Both the position numbers and the translations under genes were made by a program. A stretch of 64,000 nt of DNA from Chrysomallon squamiferum (Eukaryota; Animalia; Mollusca), in contig CM022667.1 in assembly GCA_012295275.1 (NCBI GenBank), forward strand, positions 15,686,001 through 15,750,000, given 5' to 3'. Each line of letters begins with the position of its first letter. Position 1 is the stretch's first letter. Below are positions 1 to 14,499 of this stretch, one piece after another. Under the pieces are notes generated by a model. The model made no database searches. It was given only the letters and a program-made list of their open reading frames with translations, and was not told where the DNA came from.

Positions 1-350
1 AAAGGAAACGAGACGAAAGACGGATGAAAGATCGATAGCTAAGGGTGAATAAAACCCAAAAAGAATTGGAAGAAGAGATAAAGGAAAGAAAAGAGAGAAA
101 AAAAGAAGAGAAAAACCATTAAAGAAAGAAAAGAAACGAGAAAGGAATAATAGAAAATAGAAAGAAAGACTGAACAAAATAAAGGAAAGAAAAGAGAAAA
201 AAGAACATAAAGAATGAAAAGAAACGAGAAAAGAAAAAAAAGAAAATAGAAAGAAAGACTGAACAAAATATAGAAATTAAAAAGAAGAAAATACGGAATA
301 ATGAATAACAAAGGAGGTAAATCAAGCAGGAAGGAAAAATAGAATTTAAA
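1..350. repeat. Purine-rich (GAAA-type) low-complexity tract with an internal duplication of about 89 bp period
   Basis: AAATAGAAAGAAAGACTGAACAAAAT occurs at about 155 and 244. Confidence 0.8.
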
Positions 351-1399
351 AAAAAAAATTAAATATTATCACTAGTTGAGAGTGGAACTAGATTTATAAC
401 ATAAAGACAGCCCATCAGGCGCACAGAACAGATCTGATGCTGGATCCATTAGTTTTAAACACACACTCTAGACACTGAATTACTTCACTTTCCTATTGCA
501 TGTACTCTCGGATCTACATCTTAAGTCTGAAATAAGTCTGTTTAAAATATAATTACAAAAATTACACTCCAGATAAGCTGAAATGTTTTCACGTTATTTT
601 TGACTCTCATGGAAATATGATTATTCAATAACTACGTTTCTGGACACTTAGAGGTCTCGCTGTAAAACCAGCTCTCTCGTCGATTCTACTTTTCCAAGTG
701 GGGTTTAATTGGTTTTGATAAAATGTTCTCCTCGGCAGGCAAGCGAGTAGGCGATTTGAGTGTTTTCTCCCATCTTCCCAATCACAGATAAATGGCCAAT
801 AATTGTATGTATGTGGCTGAAAAGGGTGCATTTCGGAGGCTGTGGAAACTGCCATCTATTTTCAGAATCTGATGACCCGATATCGAGCCATCCCCGTTAA
901 TTGACAAAGATTGGAAAGCATTGCATGATATTTTCGCGAAGAGAGTTGGACATCTTTCTCATTCCCCTATAACGTCTTAATAATTTTCTTTCACTTTGAC
1001 CCGAAGGTTATCTTAGCCCTGGGGAGAGTGTTGCGTGCGATGTTTGATAGAAGAATAATTCGAAATGGTTTCCAATATCGACAAGAGAATTGAGTTACGT
1101 TGGATTTGTATCATTTTTTTTTTCTCAACATTCTCGGAGTGTTTTCAGAGCCCTAATGCATCTGTCGAAGTAAATCTCCCAAGTCCATCATCGCAAATTA
1201 GCAGATTAAATATTGACGGATGAAATTTCATGTGATGTAAGAAATCGTGGAATATTTCATTCTCCGATGATGATTGAAAGTGAAAACTTGTTAAAGAATG
1301 ATATATGATCTTGTTACAAATGTTCGAATTTAAACTTTTTTTTTTTTTTTTTTTTTTCCTTTCTCGATCTCTCAACCGCTTTGATAAAACGACAAAACG

Positions 1400-1800
1400 G
1401 CAACCACGGAAAAACACCCACTGGCGCTCTACAACTTTAAAACTTCTTAAATCAAGACTATGAAATTAGCCAGACTCGGGGATTCGCCTTGGCAAAATCT
1501 GCAGCTTTCAACGAACCAATTCTTAACGTAATTTATGGATGCCAATTCTGTTTAATCTAATATTTCTAGAAGTGGTCTTATTTGAAGTCGGCCATCTTGG
1601 AACCAGTTCGATGTCTGCGCGTAATACCAATCTAGTCGTCTTCCCGATGTGTTAGTTCTCAGCGTAACAAGTTTATTTTGTTCGGTCCATCGCGTCCACC
1701 AATCAAAGTTGATTTTATGACCTGATAAATCATTCTAAGTTTTGATGAAGAAAAAGAAATATTATTTCACAGAGAAATGTAGATAAATCATTGTTCTAGA
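1400..1800 (-). promoter_or_regulatory. Promoter-like island, probably transcribing leftward
   Basis: Four CCAAT pentamers (1516, 1542, 1627, 1699); YY1-type site CAAGATGGCCG on the minus strand (1599-1589); two TGATTTAT on the minus strand (about 1724 and 1783). It abuts about 1 kb of unique sequence without a convincing ORF (360-1400) that resembles a long 5' leader. Confidence 0.45.
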
Positions 1801-1969
1801 CAGCAGGATGGTTTAAAACAGTGGCCTGGATTTATTCAAACATAAGGAAGAGCAATAACAATGTCAGCCACAGCCGTTTAATTAATAAATACAGCAACAT
1901 TCGTAAACCCAAAAAACAAAACAAAGAATGCATTTAATAACAGTGCCATCAGTAAGCAACAACACCACC

Positions 1970-2014
<45 letters not shown>

Positions 2015-2500
2015 AAGAAGAAGAAAAAAAGATAACAACAAGAAAATTATTTTGCAAAAAAATGCTGAATTATTACAAGATCTTTTTTTTATAGATTTAT
2101 CTTTGCTTTCTAGCAAATGATTTATTCCTACTTGTTATCTCCTTACTCTTTTCATCTTTCATTATTTTCATTGTTCTTTCTTTCATTCTTTCTTTACCTT
2201 TATGCAATCCGCTCCCAAAAGAAACCAGACGGCTAGTCGTAACTGGATCCAACAAGCCGAAACACAAACACTTCTGTATTTTATCTTAGCCATAACCGAA
2301 CACTGTTTCAACTTTTACCATTTACTTTAAACACAAACCAGGAAACGGGATACAAGTTCGGACCGGACGTGAAGGAAATTAAAAATGCTTCCAGTATTTT
2401 GTTTAAATTAATAGGGATCAACTAAACCACGCAGTTATTTCCGCAAATCTATGTAAGGCAACTGCTACCCGTCAAGAAACAACGACGTTGTTAGGTTTAG

Positions 2501-2558
2501 ATGCTTTTTTCTTTTTATATGCTTTTTTTCTTTTTATATGCTTTTTTTCTTTTTATAT
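2501..2558. repeat. Tandem repeat of about 19 bp, 3 copies
   Basis: ATGCTTTTTT(T)CTTTTTAT repeated three times. Confidence 0.85.
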
Positions 2559-2750
2559 TTTTCTTTCATTTTATTTTTTAATATCGTTAGGCATGAGATA
2601 TGCAGTAGCTAGGTGACAGACAGACAATTTGTCTGAAACATGAATGTGAGCAGGCTCAAATCTAGATTCGGTCAGTTGGTGTTTATATCGTTCCAACATG
2701 CCTCAGAGAAAAATTGTAATAGATTAGTTATAGGTAACTTCACAACAGTT

Positions 2751-2754
<4 letters not shown>

Positions 2755-2843
<89 letters not shown>

Positions 2844-2908
2844 GAGAATATATATATATCTTTTTATCTATGTCTTTTAAGCACACACACACACACACAC
2901 ACACACAC
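2755..2908. repeat. Compound microsatellite (CT)n(AT)n...(CA)n
   Basis: Direct reading. Confidence 0.95.
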
Positions 2909-4450
2909 TTAAACAGCTATTCATTTAGACTATATTCTTCATAAAGTATCGATCTCTTAATCTCTCGCAGCTGCGCCAGAAATCCTACTTAGGAAGAGGC
3001 CAGATGAAACAAAGCACTTCGAAAGACTGTAGTTAATAATAACCTGAGGACAAAACATCATTAAAAATAGCAACAAAACACAGACAAACTGCTTTCTGTC
3101 AATAGAGATACTATTTATCGACCTTTCTTTTTCTTTACAACAACGACTTCTTTTTCAATGCATCTTTAATTTTTACAAGGAAAAGTAATTAGTGACGCAA
3201 CACATTTCACAGGCCCCCCGTGGGCAAAATGAAGATTCACTCAGTACAAAAATTAAAAAAAATAAAAAATATTGATAATCAGAAAACATTTAATAGTTTC
3301 AAGAGTGTTAAACGGTTTCCAATATCGAGTTTCTAACCTTCGATTTCTCAAGGCTGTATTTTGTAAAAATTGATGTTTACGATCCTGCTCGTAAAACAGA
3401 AAGTTAGATAAATAAATATAACGAAACACAAACATGAAAGCAAAAACGGAGAGTGTTGATAAAATATAAAAAATTAAAATATCAACACAATATAACAAAC
3501 AAATGAATGAATGAATGAATAAATAAATAAAAACGTAAACCCCCCCACAATATGAACGCAAAAAAAAACAGGTTCAATTACAATAACCTTTGCTATCGTG
3601 TATGTATTAGTGTATGAGAATATGCGTGCATGCGTGCCTGTATTTGTCAGCGTTTTTGTTTAATATCTGACAAAGAAAAAATAGCACTTTCCAGAATTGG
3701 TACTTAAAATGTCTTACCTAATTTTCGTTCTTCACAAAGTCATTGTTACGTGATTTTCATTATTTATTTGTGACGTCATTATCTACGTTTAGTGCAGTTT
3801 ACGATTTCTTTGAACTGGAAAGATCTGTGCTCGTAAATATGTATGTATGTAAGTGTGCATTTAAAACGCATTTTATTATTATTATTATTGTTATTATTAT
3901 TATTATTATTACTGAAATCATTCTTTGTAAGTATTATTATATACCACCTTATGAAGAACGGTCAATATTGGAGCTACATAATTATATAACGAAAAATCGT
4001 ATGTTTCACCAATCGATGAAGACGAAACCATAAACTACTATTTGTGTCAAGATGCACTGTTACGGAGGGTTAAAATCAATCATTGTCAATAGCCGCCTTT
4101 GGCCCGTGTCAAAATCCTGGGTCACGTCAATATGAAGGTTAACGATGTGCGAGGGGAGACAATTAAATGTGATTACTTTGCGTATTTGGCTTGTGACTTA
4201 AGTTTTGTTGTTACAGACAATAAAATTTGTATTCATTTGCTTTAACGCTTACGTTCTTTATTTACTATCTAAACTAAAAGTAAAGTCTCTGAATTTCCGA
4301 GGAATAATTATATAACGTATCAGTTCTTGGTTACTGAAGACTGTGTTTGCATGTCGACAAACGTAAACAGGAACCAAGGTACGGACGAGAAACCAGTAAT
4401 TTAGCTATATTTGTCGACTTCACAAAACGGTGGAGGGGACGGTGTTGTGT

Positions 4451-4454
<4 letters not shown>

Positions 4455-4501
<47 letters not shown>
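4455..4501. repeat. (GT)n microsatellite
   Basis: Direct reading. Confidence 0.95.
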
Positions 4502-4503
<2 letters not shown>

Positions 4504-5071
4504 AGGAAAAATGTTTTTAATGGTTATCCGGAACTGTTAGTAATAAATCGGAAAAAAAATAAAATAATAAAAGTGAAATGACCACATGAATAACCAGAAT
4601 CACTGTTTCTGTAATAACAACAAATGATTCTGTTAATATAAAACCACCTCTACTACAACGTCTACTACCACAGCTGCTACTGCTACTAGATCTACCTTTA
4701 TTAGTATCACTAATATTATAACTTTTATACAGTACTGTTATACCACTGCTGTTACTGCTGATGCTGTCGCTGCTGCTACTGCTGCTGCTAATAATAATAA
4801 TAATAAATAATAATAAATAATATCGATGATAGCAAACAGGAATAAAGGTCTGTACGAAAACTGTTTTGATTTATTTAAAGGTTATTCTCTAATACCTTTT
4901 CTTAATCTTTCCACTGTTTTACGAAAATAGCCACGGTAATAATAGTAAGTAATTAGATAGATATTTCAGAAAAGAAGGGAAAAACAACAAATACAGCATT
5001 ATAAGACCTCTGTATGAACATTTTGATCTAGAGGGAAAATGTGTGTTTGTGTGTGTATGTGTGTCTCTGTC

Positions 5072-5107
<36 letters not shown>

Positions 5108-6624
5108 CGAGAGACTGAGACTGAGTCAGACAAAGATGGTATTGGACAAACACATGCTCATGCAACACACACATACACATACACACACACACAGAAACAT
5201 ACACACACATACACATAAACACACATACATATTGTGAATGTTAATCAGACATTCATTTATTTTATTTTAAATTATTAATTAGCTGTCATAGAAGCGAGAC
5301 AATCAGCTACTGGCATCAGAATGACATTTCTAACTCGGCGAGATAATAACACAACCGACTTGACAATATAATAACGGAACAGAGTGAAACTTAAAGCTTT
5401 GGTTTTACAATAACGATATGATTAACTGCATCAGCTATCTCATCGAAAAATCGATTATCGCACAGCTTTGAGAATAAGTCTGAAACGTGATATAAAAACG
5501 TGGCAGAATTCACACAGCGATACAGACGAATACGCCGTAACTGGTCAGCAGGCTGGTGAAACGAAATAGTTCCATTAACTATTTCTTTCTCCGAGATACG
5601 TAACATAATGTACCCAAGAAGGAAGGGGCTTTGATATTTTATCGATGTCCAATGTGTTGATTAACTGATTGATTTAAAATAAATAATCACGCGTAGAATG
5701 GATCCGACTGATTGTTTGAAAACAGGAAAAAAAAAAAGAGAAAAAGATTCGCTTGACGAGCTGAAAATGAATAAGCAAGGATAAAAAAAAGAAAGAGATC
5801 GATTAAATCGATGAATCGATTGAAAATGAATAACTGAAGCGTGCCGTGAAGACAGTCTACCTACAGTAGGGAGGCACCGTTAGGCGGTAATATTTTGATT
5901 TGATAAGCGATCTAAGAAAGTAGTTTGAAAGGAGATATAGCCAATATGCGAGAAAGAATGTCAATATTGTTCTCACACAAGATGGCACACATTCCACGCT
6001 TCATGATGTTACTAGGATGCTGCTCACAGAAATAAAAAGAAGGGGAAAAAAATGTGTAAGAAAGAAAAAAGCTAGCGAGGAAACGAATCGTCACGAAAAA
6101 TCCCGTGGCAAGCCGATTTGTTACATGCTGAACAGTGGCTTGAAAGCGAAATGTCAGGAATTATATTGTAACGGAATTAATGACTCTCCTCATTCTACAT
6201 GTAACTGAGAAAAAATCGTTGCGCTTGAAGCTGTTTAGAAACAACATTAAAATTTTGAAATACCAGATTAGGTTTCAAGTTTCATTTCACATTAAAAGAT
6301 TTAGATAAAAATAGAGGTTACGCCTATAATAAACAGATAATAAGTTTAAAAACCTGAATTTAACGTAAGTAACAAAAAATAATATTTTACTAAATTTAAA
6401 AAAAAATCTATTAAATTATTTTAAATAATATATAAATGTACAATATACTATGGTTTCAAATTAAAAATTGTATTAGGATCTTATCAACTGTGGATCTGTG
6501 TTCGAGCACTGGCCCTAGGCAGGCTGCCTCATTTCTCGTTTTAACCAGTGTGCTAAAGCTGCCAACAACTTCATTATTTGTTTTCACCGACATACTTCGT
6601 GGCACACTGAATGATTTACATTAA

Positions 6625-6985
6625 TATACTTTATGAAATAATAAATCGTCTGCAGCATTATAATTTATGAAATAATAAATTGTCTACATTATACTTTGTC
6701 ATACTGATTTAGAACAATATACCTAATCAAATAATAAACTGTCTATCGCATTATATTTTATGAAGTAACAACTTGTTTATATTTACTTTATAGGGTAATA
6801 AATTGTTAACAGAATTATACTTTTATGAAATAATTGTTTACAGCATTATACTTTATTAAATACTAAACTGTTTACACCACTAGTTTATGAAATTATAAAC
6901 TATTAAGATCATTATACTTTAAGAAATACTGTTTATATCATAATCCTTTAGAAAATACAACTATTTACGCAATTATATTTTATTT
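6625..6985. repeat. Degenerate minisatellite, unit about 30-35 bp, about 11 copies
   Basis: Consensus close to ATACTTTATGAAATAATAAATTGTTTACAGCATT. Confidence 0.8.
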
Positions 6986-8831
6986 TAACAATAGCAATCG
7001 CTTTCTGTTCAACTATTAATTAAAGATTGTTAATTGAAAGAGAAATTTTATTTCTCTAAAACTCATGGAGAAATTTATTTTTTCTGTATCAAGAAAGAAA
7101 ACGTTTTTGAAGATATTTAATCTTCAGCAATTCCTGACAGGCCAAAATTTCCTAGACTTGAAATATTTGTCCTGTGATTAAAATAAATCCAGACGAAGAA
7201 AAACCACAGGTGTTTAGAAACATATTGCACTGCTTTGTTCCCTCGAAAACGATCTTTAAAATTAATCTTTCTTTTTTCTTCTTTGACATTATAAATAACA
7301 AAAGAAAAAAGAAAAACCAAGAAGCAAACCAAAAAAAGGAAATAATGAAAAGGAAGAAATGTTCTAGAATTACTATATAGATTATAAAACATCCAAGACA
7401 TTGATGAGTTTTTCGTTTTTCTTTTTCGTTTTAATTCCCTTCGATTATAAGTTTCAGATGGTAACGCATTGTCATAGCTTACCTTAATGGCTACTGTTCA
7501 ATGACGTTCTTTGTGACAAAGCAATATCTCAAGTTAGTGTTCTTTTAGTATCTTTAGAAATCTTCAAAAAGAAGAACTGCTTTGATGTTTCCGCCAAAGA
7601 CTAGGATATAATGTGCTAATATGCCGGTTTTATTTACTGTATCGGTTTCTCTTTAGTTGAAGTATTTACGTTCATTTTGTAAAAATGTGTTTTTCTTTGA
7701 TATATTGATTATGTACAACGATGTATTTTTTTAAAAAAGAGATATATTTCAAGACTACAGAATTTAATGTTTCCTGGTAATCATTTGATAAAACAGAGAA
7801 TTCACATTTTTTACTACGTCATTCGAGAAATAAAATAAACTGAAAAATAAATAAATTTTAAAATTAGGAAGCTTGATAAAGTATTTTAATATAACTTTTA
7901 ATATGAAGATGCATTTTCATCTTTTTCGTCTTTTAACTGTAATACTCTGTCATTTAATTAAAATATTCCTTTGAAATTCTGATTCTGTTTCGAATGAATT
8001 AATGAAAGGACAAATAAATGAATAAACGACTACTGATTAACGAAATTTAATAATAATCAATACAAAATTTGAACATAATGAGAAAGACATTAGTTTCAGT
8101 ATAATGGAGCAGAAATTAGGAAGCGGCCTTTTGTCTAACGACTTACATAGTTTTGTGCACACTTTTACTAGACAGGGAAGCACATACCACATCATTTGTT
8201 AAATCAGTGCTGAGTCTAACTGGAACAGGAAATAACACAATGAATGCTTTAAGACTAATATTTTAGTCAAGCTTTTAACCACTGACTACACATTTTTACC
8301 CTAAAACAAGTTACAGCCTATTGTTATTATTATTATTGTTATTATTATTATTATTACTATTATTACTATTATTATTATTGGTTTACATAGTTAAAAATTT
8401 CCAATAAACTAAATGGATTACAAATAATTATTTGTCTCTTGATCACATTCAAAGAGGTTTACAGATTTAAAGTTCTTTATTTCTCTTTATCTTACAGTTT
8501 TAATTGTTATTTATGTATTTTATAGTTAATAACTTTAGGCTATAAATAACAGACTATTAATAATAATCCTATTAAATAAAATACATCAAAGAGAAAAATA
8601 ATCTGACTAAGATATGAATTGCGGCTTAAATGCTGCAAATACTCTTTATTAAATAGCATAAGCAACGATATGACGTCATGGGACAGGACTATCATATGCA
8701 GTTTTATTCGTAATTATAATGTGACCTTATAATTCATCTTAAAAGTCATTTTATACTGTTGTTTGTTTATTTGTTTTTTTTATTTCATTTGTTTAATTTT
8801 ACTTTATTTTTATTATTATTATTATTTTTAC

Positions 8832-8882
<51 letters not shown>

Positions 8883-9928
8883 TATATTGTTGGGTTTCGA
8901 TGGTTTTGGACACTTAAACTGAATTTTATATCATAAAGGCAAAACCAGAAAAATAAAAACGAGAACAGCGGAAGAGTTAAATCAGTGGATGTATTCAAAT
9001 GTTATTTTACCATATCAATCATTTTAATGAACAGATATATTTATCTGTCTGAATATTAGCCAAAGCAGACAAGTTTAACTGAAAGATGATCCGAATGACT
9101 TGACTCAGAAACATCGAAATTTCTATATAAGCAATCATTATGTACAAAGTAAGTTTGGAGTGAGTGCAGCGGGTCAAGGAACATTATTCAAATTGATGAT
9201 GAAGGAGATCATGATTTTGATAATGATTATGATAATGATGATTATAATGATGATGATGAAGAGGAGTAGGAGGAGGAGAAAACAAGAGATGGAATGGACG
9301 AGAAAAATAGAGTGATAGAGAGAGAGAGGATATGTAGGACGGAAAGATAAACAGACTTACTATCAGTGAAACAAAATGAAGGAAGAAGACAGACCCTTTG
9401 TTATTTTAGCGAGTATTTACATATAAGACTCTGATTCGTTTTCTTATTTGAATATTTCAAGTCACTAACTGTTAAATGACGGACTGGAACCAGTGAACCA
9501 TAGAACCACAACAAACCAAAGCAAGTACAATTCTGCAATCTAACTCACGCAATAATGCATATCAATGTTAAGTAAATATAGGCTCTTAGAAATTATGGAT
9601 ATATAACTATTTATATATATCTTACTTTGACTAGCATACTAAGTTTATTTCTAAATCCAAATATAGAATATATTTATAATATGTATGAAAATAATGTCAT
9701 ATTATGCATTATATACATAAGAACCTTCGTACTCACACGCCATCTAATACATTCTTCCATCTCTAATTTTCATATGCATTATACATACATTTCATAGAAA
9801 CATCTCACTTCGACAAACACATTAACCCAATTTAAAAACTGAATTCTAAATCCAGTACATATCGGTCATTTGTATTTGACGCTAACCATAGTATTTTTAA
9901 ATCTATATCATTATTCAAAGTTTTTATT

Positions 9929-9968
<40 letters not shown>

Positions 9969-10412
9969 CCAAACAAAACATAACATTATTCTGTCAGATA
10001 CAGTGCAGCCGTGTTTCATAATTAAATGAATACTCCGCAGGGAAATATGAATTATTTATGGATTTCCGATCGTAGAACTTGCAGCATTATTGTCGTTTAA
10101 AGAGAAAATCGTTGGCTTTAGAAGGTTAGGACATGTAAAGTATTCTATGTGATCAATCTTACAAAATAAATTTTGTTGTTGTTGTATGAAAGTGTGGTGC
10201 TGATGTCAAAGAGTGTGGTCTGTCAGAGTTAAGTGCGTTTTTTCCCAGCTGTACAAAAGAGCTGTAGTAATAACTGCTGATGTAAGATAGCGTGGCAGTT
10301 TTTTAATTTTACATTTTTTTATTTTTTTATTTATTATTATTATTTTTTTAAATGTACAAAAACATGATAATTGTAGATGCAATGTGGTGTATTACTGGAG
10401 TATTTATTTAGG

Positions 10413-10448
<36 letters not shown>

Positions 10449-10849
10449 TAATTTCTTTTTTTTCTTCTTATTAGTATTAATAGTATTATTTTTTTATTAT
10501 AAATAATTTATTAATTTGTTAATTTCTTTTTTTATTTTGATATATCGGTAATAACAATCCTTGGAATGTAATGATATATCACATGGCATACAAAATAAGA
10601 AGTTAAAAAAAATAAGAATAATATAATAAAATGAAAGGATAAACAAGAAAGATACACATATTTTTCTTCCTTCCACCATCTCCACTTTCATCCCGCCCCC
10701 TCATATCTTCTTTCAACATACCACCTAAATCTTTCCACATTTTTAATTAAAAATTCTAAATTTTCAAATAATACGCCACAAACCAAACCGTAGGTAGACC
10801 TCGAAATTAATGAAACCAAGTTCCTTTTTTTTTTCTTTTTTTTCTGAAC

Positions 10850-11280
10850 GACAAATCGGACGGCCTTGTCGATAATGATTATTTAATTGTGATTGGTAGT
10901 ATCCGCGATCAATTCCCGAGACAAATAAAAACATGCGCTAATGATTGGGCAAGCAGCTGTGTGCAAACAGTCGCCATGCCAAAGCGCCACTAGAGAGGGC
11001 TGCCGACGAGAGTGGTGCCAGTCCTGACAATGAAATCTATAGAATTTACTGGAACACAAATTTGCCTAGGGGTGATATTTTCATGCTGAAGTGTTTGTCC
11101 GAAACGTAATAAGCTGTCATTATTGAATGCTTCAAAGAAGTCAGCGAAACGTTAAAAAAAAAAAAAAGAGTCGATATATGAAATAAATGAAGTCGATAGG
11201 AAACGCTTCTTCAAAGAACTATGGCGGCCATTTTTTCCCTTTGGTAAACTGCCGGAAGTGAATTCGAAACGAGATATTGT
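10850..11280. promoter_or_regulatory. Promoter/enhancer-like island
   Basis: Two TGATTGG (inverted CCAAT, about 10889 and 10942), overlapping YY1-like ATGGCGGCCATTTT (11221-11234) and ETS site CCGGAAGTG (11252-11260). Confidence 0.4.
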
Positions 11281-11376
11281 TCGTATTTATGTTAAAAAAT
11301 TTTTTTAAATAAAACAAAATTAGTTATTCTTTTTCCTCTGCGATTATTGTTATTATTATTTTATCATCTTCATCAC

Positions 11377-11407
<31 letters not shown>

Positions 11408-11483
11408 GTCATTATTATTATTATTATTATTACTATTAAAATCTGTGTACATTTAGAAGTGGCAAGAAAAAGAGAAACAATCT

Positions 11484-11484
11484 T

Positions 11485-11578
<94 letters not shown>
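11484..11578. repeat. (CA)n(GA)n microsatellite
   Basis: Direct reading. Confidence 0.95.
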
Positions 11579-11581
<3 letters not shown>

Positions 11582-12511
11582 ATACTGCAGATAACAAACT
11601 GATAATTATTAATGGAAGATATTATTCAATAACTATTTCCAGAAAACTATTTTAATTGTATATATTTGTTTTTCTCCCTATCGTCATAGTTTCCACACCT
11701 ATCAATCAGTGGTGAGTGGTTTTGTTTTTTTTCCTTTACAAACGTCTTTTAACACATACACAGATAGACAGATACATGGAGAGAGAGATAATTAAACAGA
11801 TTACAAGAATGTGCAAATGTGCATTTGCCATGTAACTTTATATAGTAAATGTACATATATCGATAACTATCTCAAATGCATTTATGCTTTGCTAGCATTA
11901 TAAACGATCATTAAATCTTTCTAAACATGTGAATTATACTTTAAAACTAAAAATATATTCGTTCAACCTTGCCCAAAGAGATGAAAGCATACTTTATATT
12001 CGAACACTTTTAAGAAAAAAGTATACACAAAATGCACAAAAAAAAAAAAAAAATGATGATAATAATGAAGGTTGTTAACAATTACACAATAAAATCATAT
12101 TTCTTCATTTTCTACTAACATGATGGTTATTTATGTGAACAAATGCTTTTGCATTCCCGTGAAACAAAAGAAAACAAAAGAACTCGTAAAGCATTCAGAA
12201 CAGTTATTTAGACACTGCAATTCATACCTCTGTTGTAGGCGTCGTGTTACTGACTAGTTTGAAGCTAGATGACGATGTGGCAACCGCAGATGAGGTTTTT
12301 GAATGCTTGGTATGCGAATTAATGAATCGTTCGTGCCAGACATAGGCAGGCAATGAGAATTTTCGCAGATGGTAAATTTTCGGTAATGTTCGGTATATTT
12401 CGTAACATTTCGGATTTTGTGTAATTTACCAACATGAAGATGACGTCAAATTTAATTTAAATAAATGTTTAATACATACGCATTTACAGCTTCATATTTG
12501 ACTTCAAACAG

Positions 12512-12611
<100 letters not shown>

Positions 12612-13325
12612 TCCCTCTCTTTGTTTCGGTCTCTTTCCACCTGTCTCTTTTTATTTCACTCTCTGTCTCTCTCAACTCCTTACATATCACAAAAATAATA
12701 AAATAAAATAAAAACAGACAAATACTTACAATAAAATTCCAGACAAAATTTCTATTGTCCAAAAACAAAAAAACATTCTAGTATAAAATAAAATAAAATT
12801 TGAACATGCGTAATTTTTCTGTTCAGCCATCTATTAAATTCTCGCTACATTTATTTTCTCCATAATGACCGTTAATATAAGCTTAATACGTTCCGATTTA
12901 AACTGTACGGGTCGTGTTACTTTTAAATTTGTTTACACTGTCATTATTACGACAGTTTAACATTTCCAGATATTCGTAAATATATGTAGAGGCTATTAGA
13001 CCTAATGATGTCAAATGGTGTGTGACGGGATCATCAGCATCATCAACTAATTGTCAACCACGGCTGCACAGAGGATCTCAGTAACTGCAGAAATAAGGGG
13101 CTTAGAAGACACAAATATTTGGAAACGGTCTGGACGAATATAAAATATGAAACTGCACAGACCGTGATAAATAAATCTACAAAATTTATATTAAAATGTC
13201 GAATAATAACCGCTAAAAACTTGTTGAAGGGAATAATAATTGTACAGTTAAATATTAATGGAACCAGCATTTATATTTTATGATATATTATTTCTGATGC
13301 AAATAACATACACAAAAATACGTAC

Positions 13326-13376
<51 letters not shown>

Positions 13377-13486
13377 AATTATACACGCGCATCCACACAT
13401 ACAAAGATGCATACATATATAAATGCAAACATACATATATATATATTTGCATACAAACGTATATATTATTTATTAGGTCTATCGTA

Positions 13487-13527
<41 letters not shown>

Positions 13528-14093
13528 GTTATTATTATTTTGTTATTGTTTTTGTTGTTGTTGTTGCTGTTGCTGTCGTTGTTGTACTTTGTGAATCTAA
13601 CATTACATTAACAGATATAACAGAAGATAAAATCCATGTTATGCTTAGCTCTAATTATTAAACATCGTCTATTAGCATTCTATTACACATTTCTCAACTA
13701 CAAACGGACCTCCCGCAGTTAAAGCAAACGTTCCTCGTTACAAACTGCTATGAAACGTAAACGATTAAACTCATTACAACGAACAGCGCCGCCATTACTC
13801 TTCAAATCAATTGAGTAAACTCGTCTTTTTCTCGTTTGGTTACGTTACTCACGCAGTCTTGCGCTATCAGAGCATACTTGGGATACACGTGAATGACGTT
13901 ACAGACAGAACAACAGACTGAGAACAGTTAAGTGACGGAAACTGATTTATTCCCGGATTAAAGTTCGATTTTTTCCGATGATTTGCTTTATATATATATA
14001 TATATATATATGTAGCATCGAGTAACTTCAGCCAGAGAAAATAAAATTATGCTTCAAACAGCAATAATAAAAACAATCTCTATATATATATAT

Positions 14094-14149
<56 letters not shown>

Positions 14150-14499
14150 CCAGTCCCGTAGCATTCTTCATTTACTAGAAAGGAATCAACTGCATGTTGA
14201 ACAGGCTAGAACGGGATATTGATAAATAGGATTAAAAAATAAATAAATAAATAATAAAAACCTTATCTTTCAAGCTAACATCCAGTAACCCCGAGCTAAG
14301 ACAGCTCCTAATAAAACATTAACATAATTAAACCTTAAGTCTGAATTAAAATAATAAAATAAAAAATAATCATTTTCAGAACCTAGGGGTGTTTTAACAA
14401 AAATAAAATCTATGACTACTAAGTCATTCTTTGAAAACACCCATTGATTTTTTTTTTTTTTTTTTTTTTTTTCTTTTTCACTACGCCATTAAACATGGA

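Noticed and set aside
5806-5822. ATCGAT-rich stretch that matches 51123-51140 in inverted orientation
   Set aside because: Both look like decayed (AATC/GATT)n repeats, so convergence is likely.
10983-11002. CTCF-like GCGCCACTAGAGAGGGC (and CTGCCACCTAGAAG at about 32473)
   Set aside because: Requires an indel or mismatches in core positions; cannot be supported without PWM scoring.
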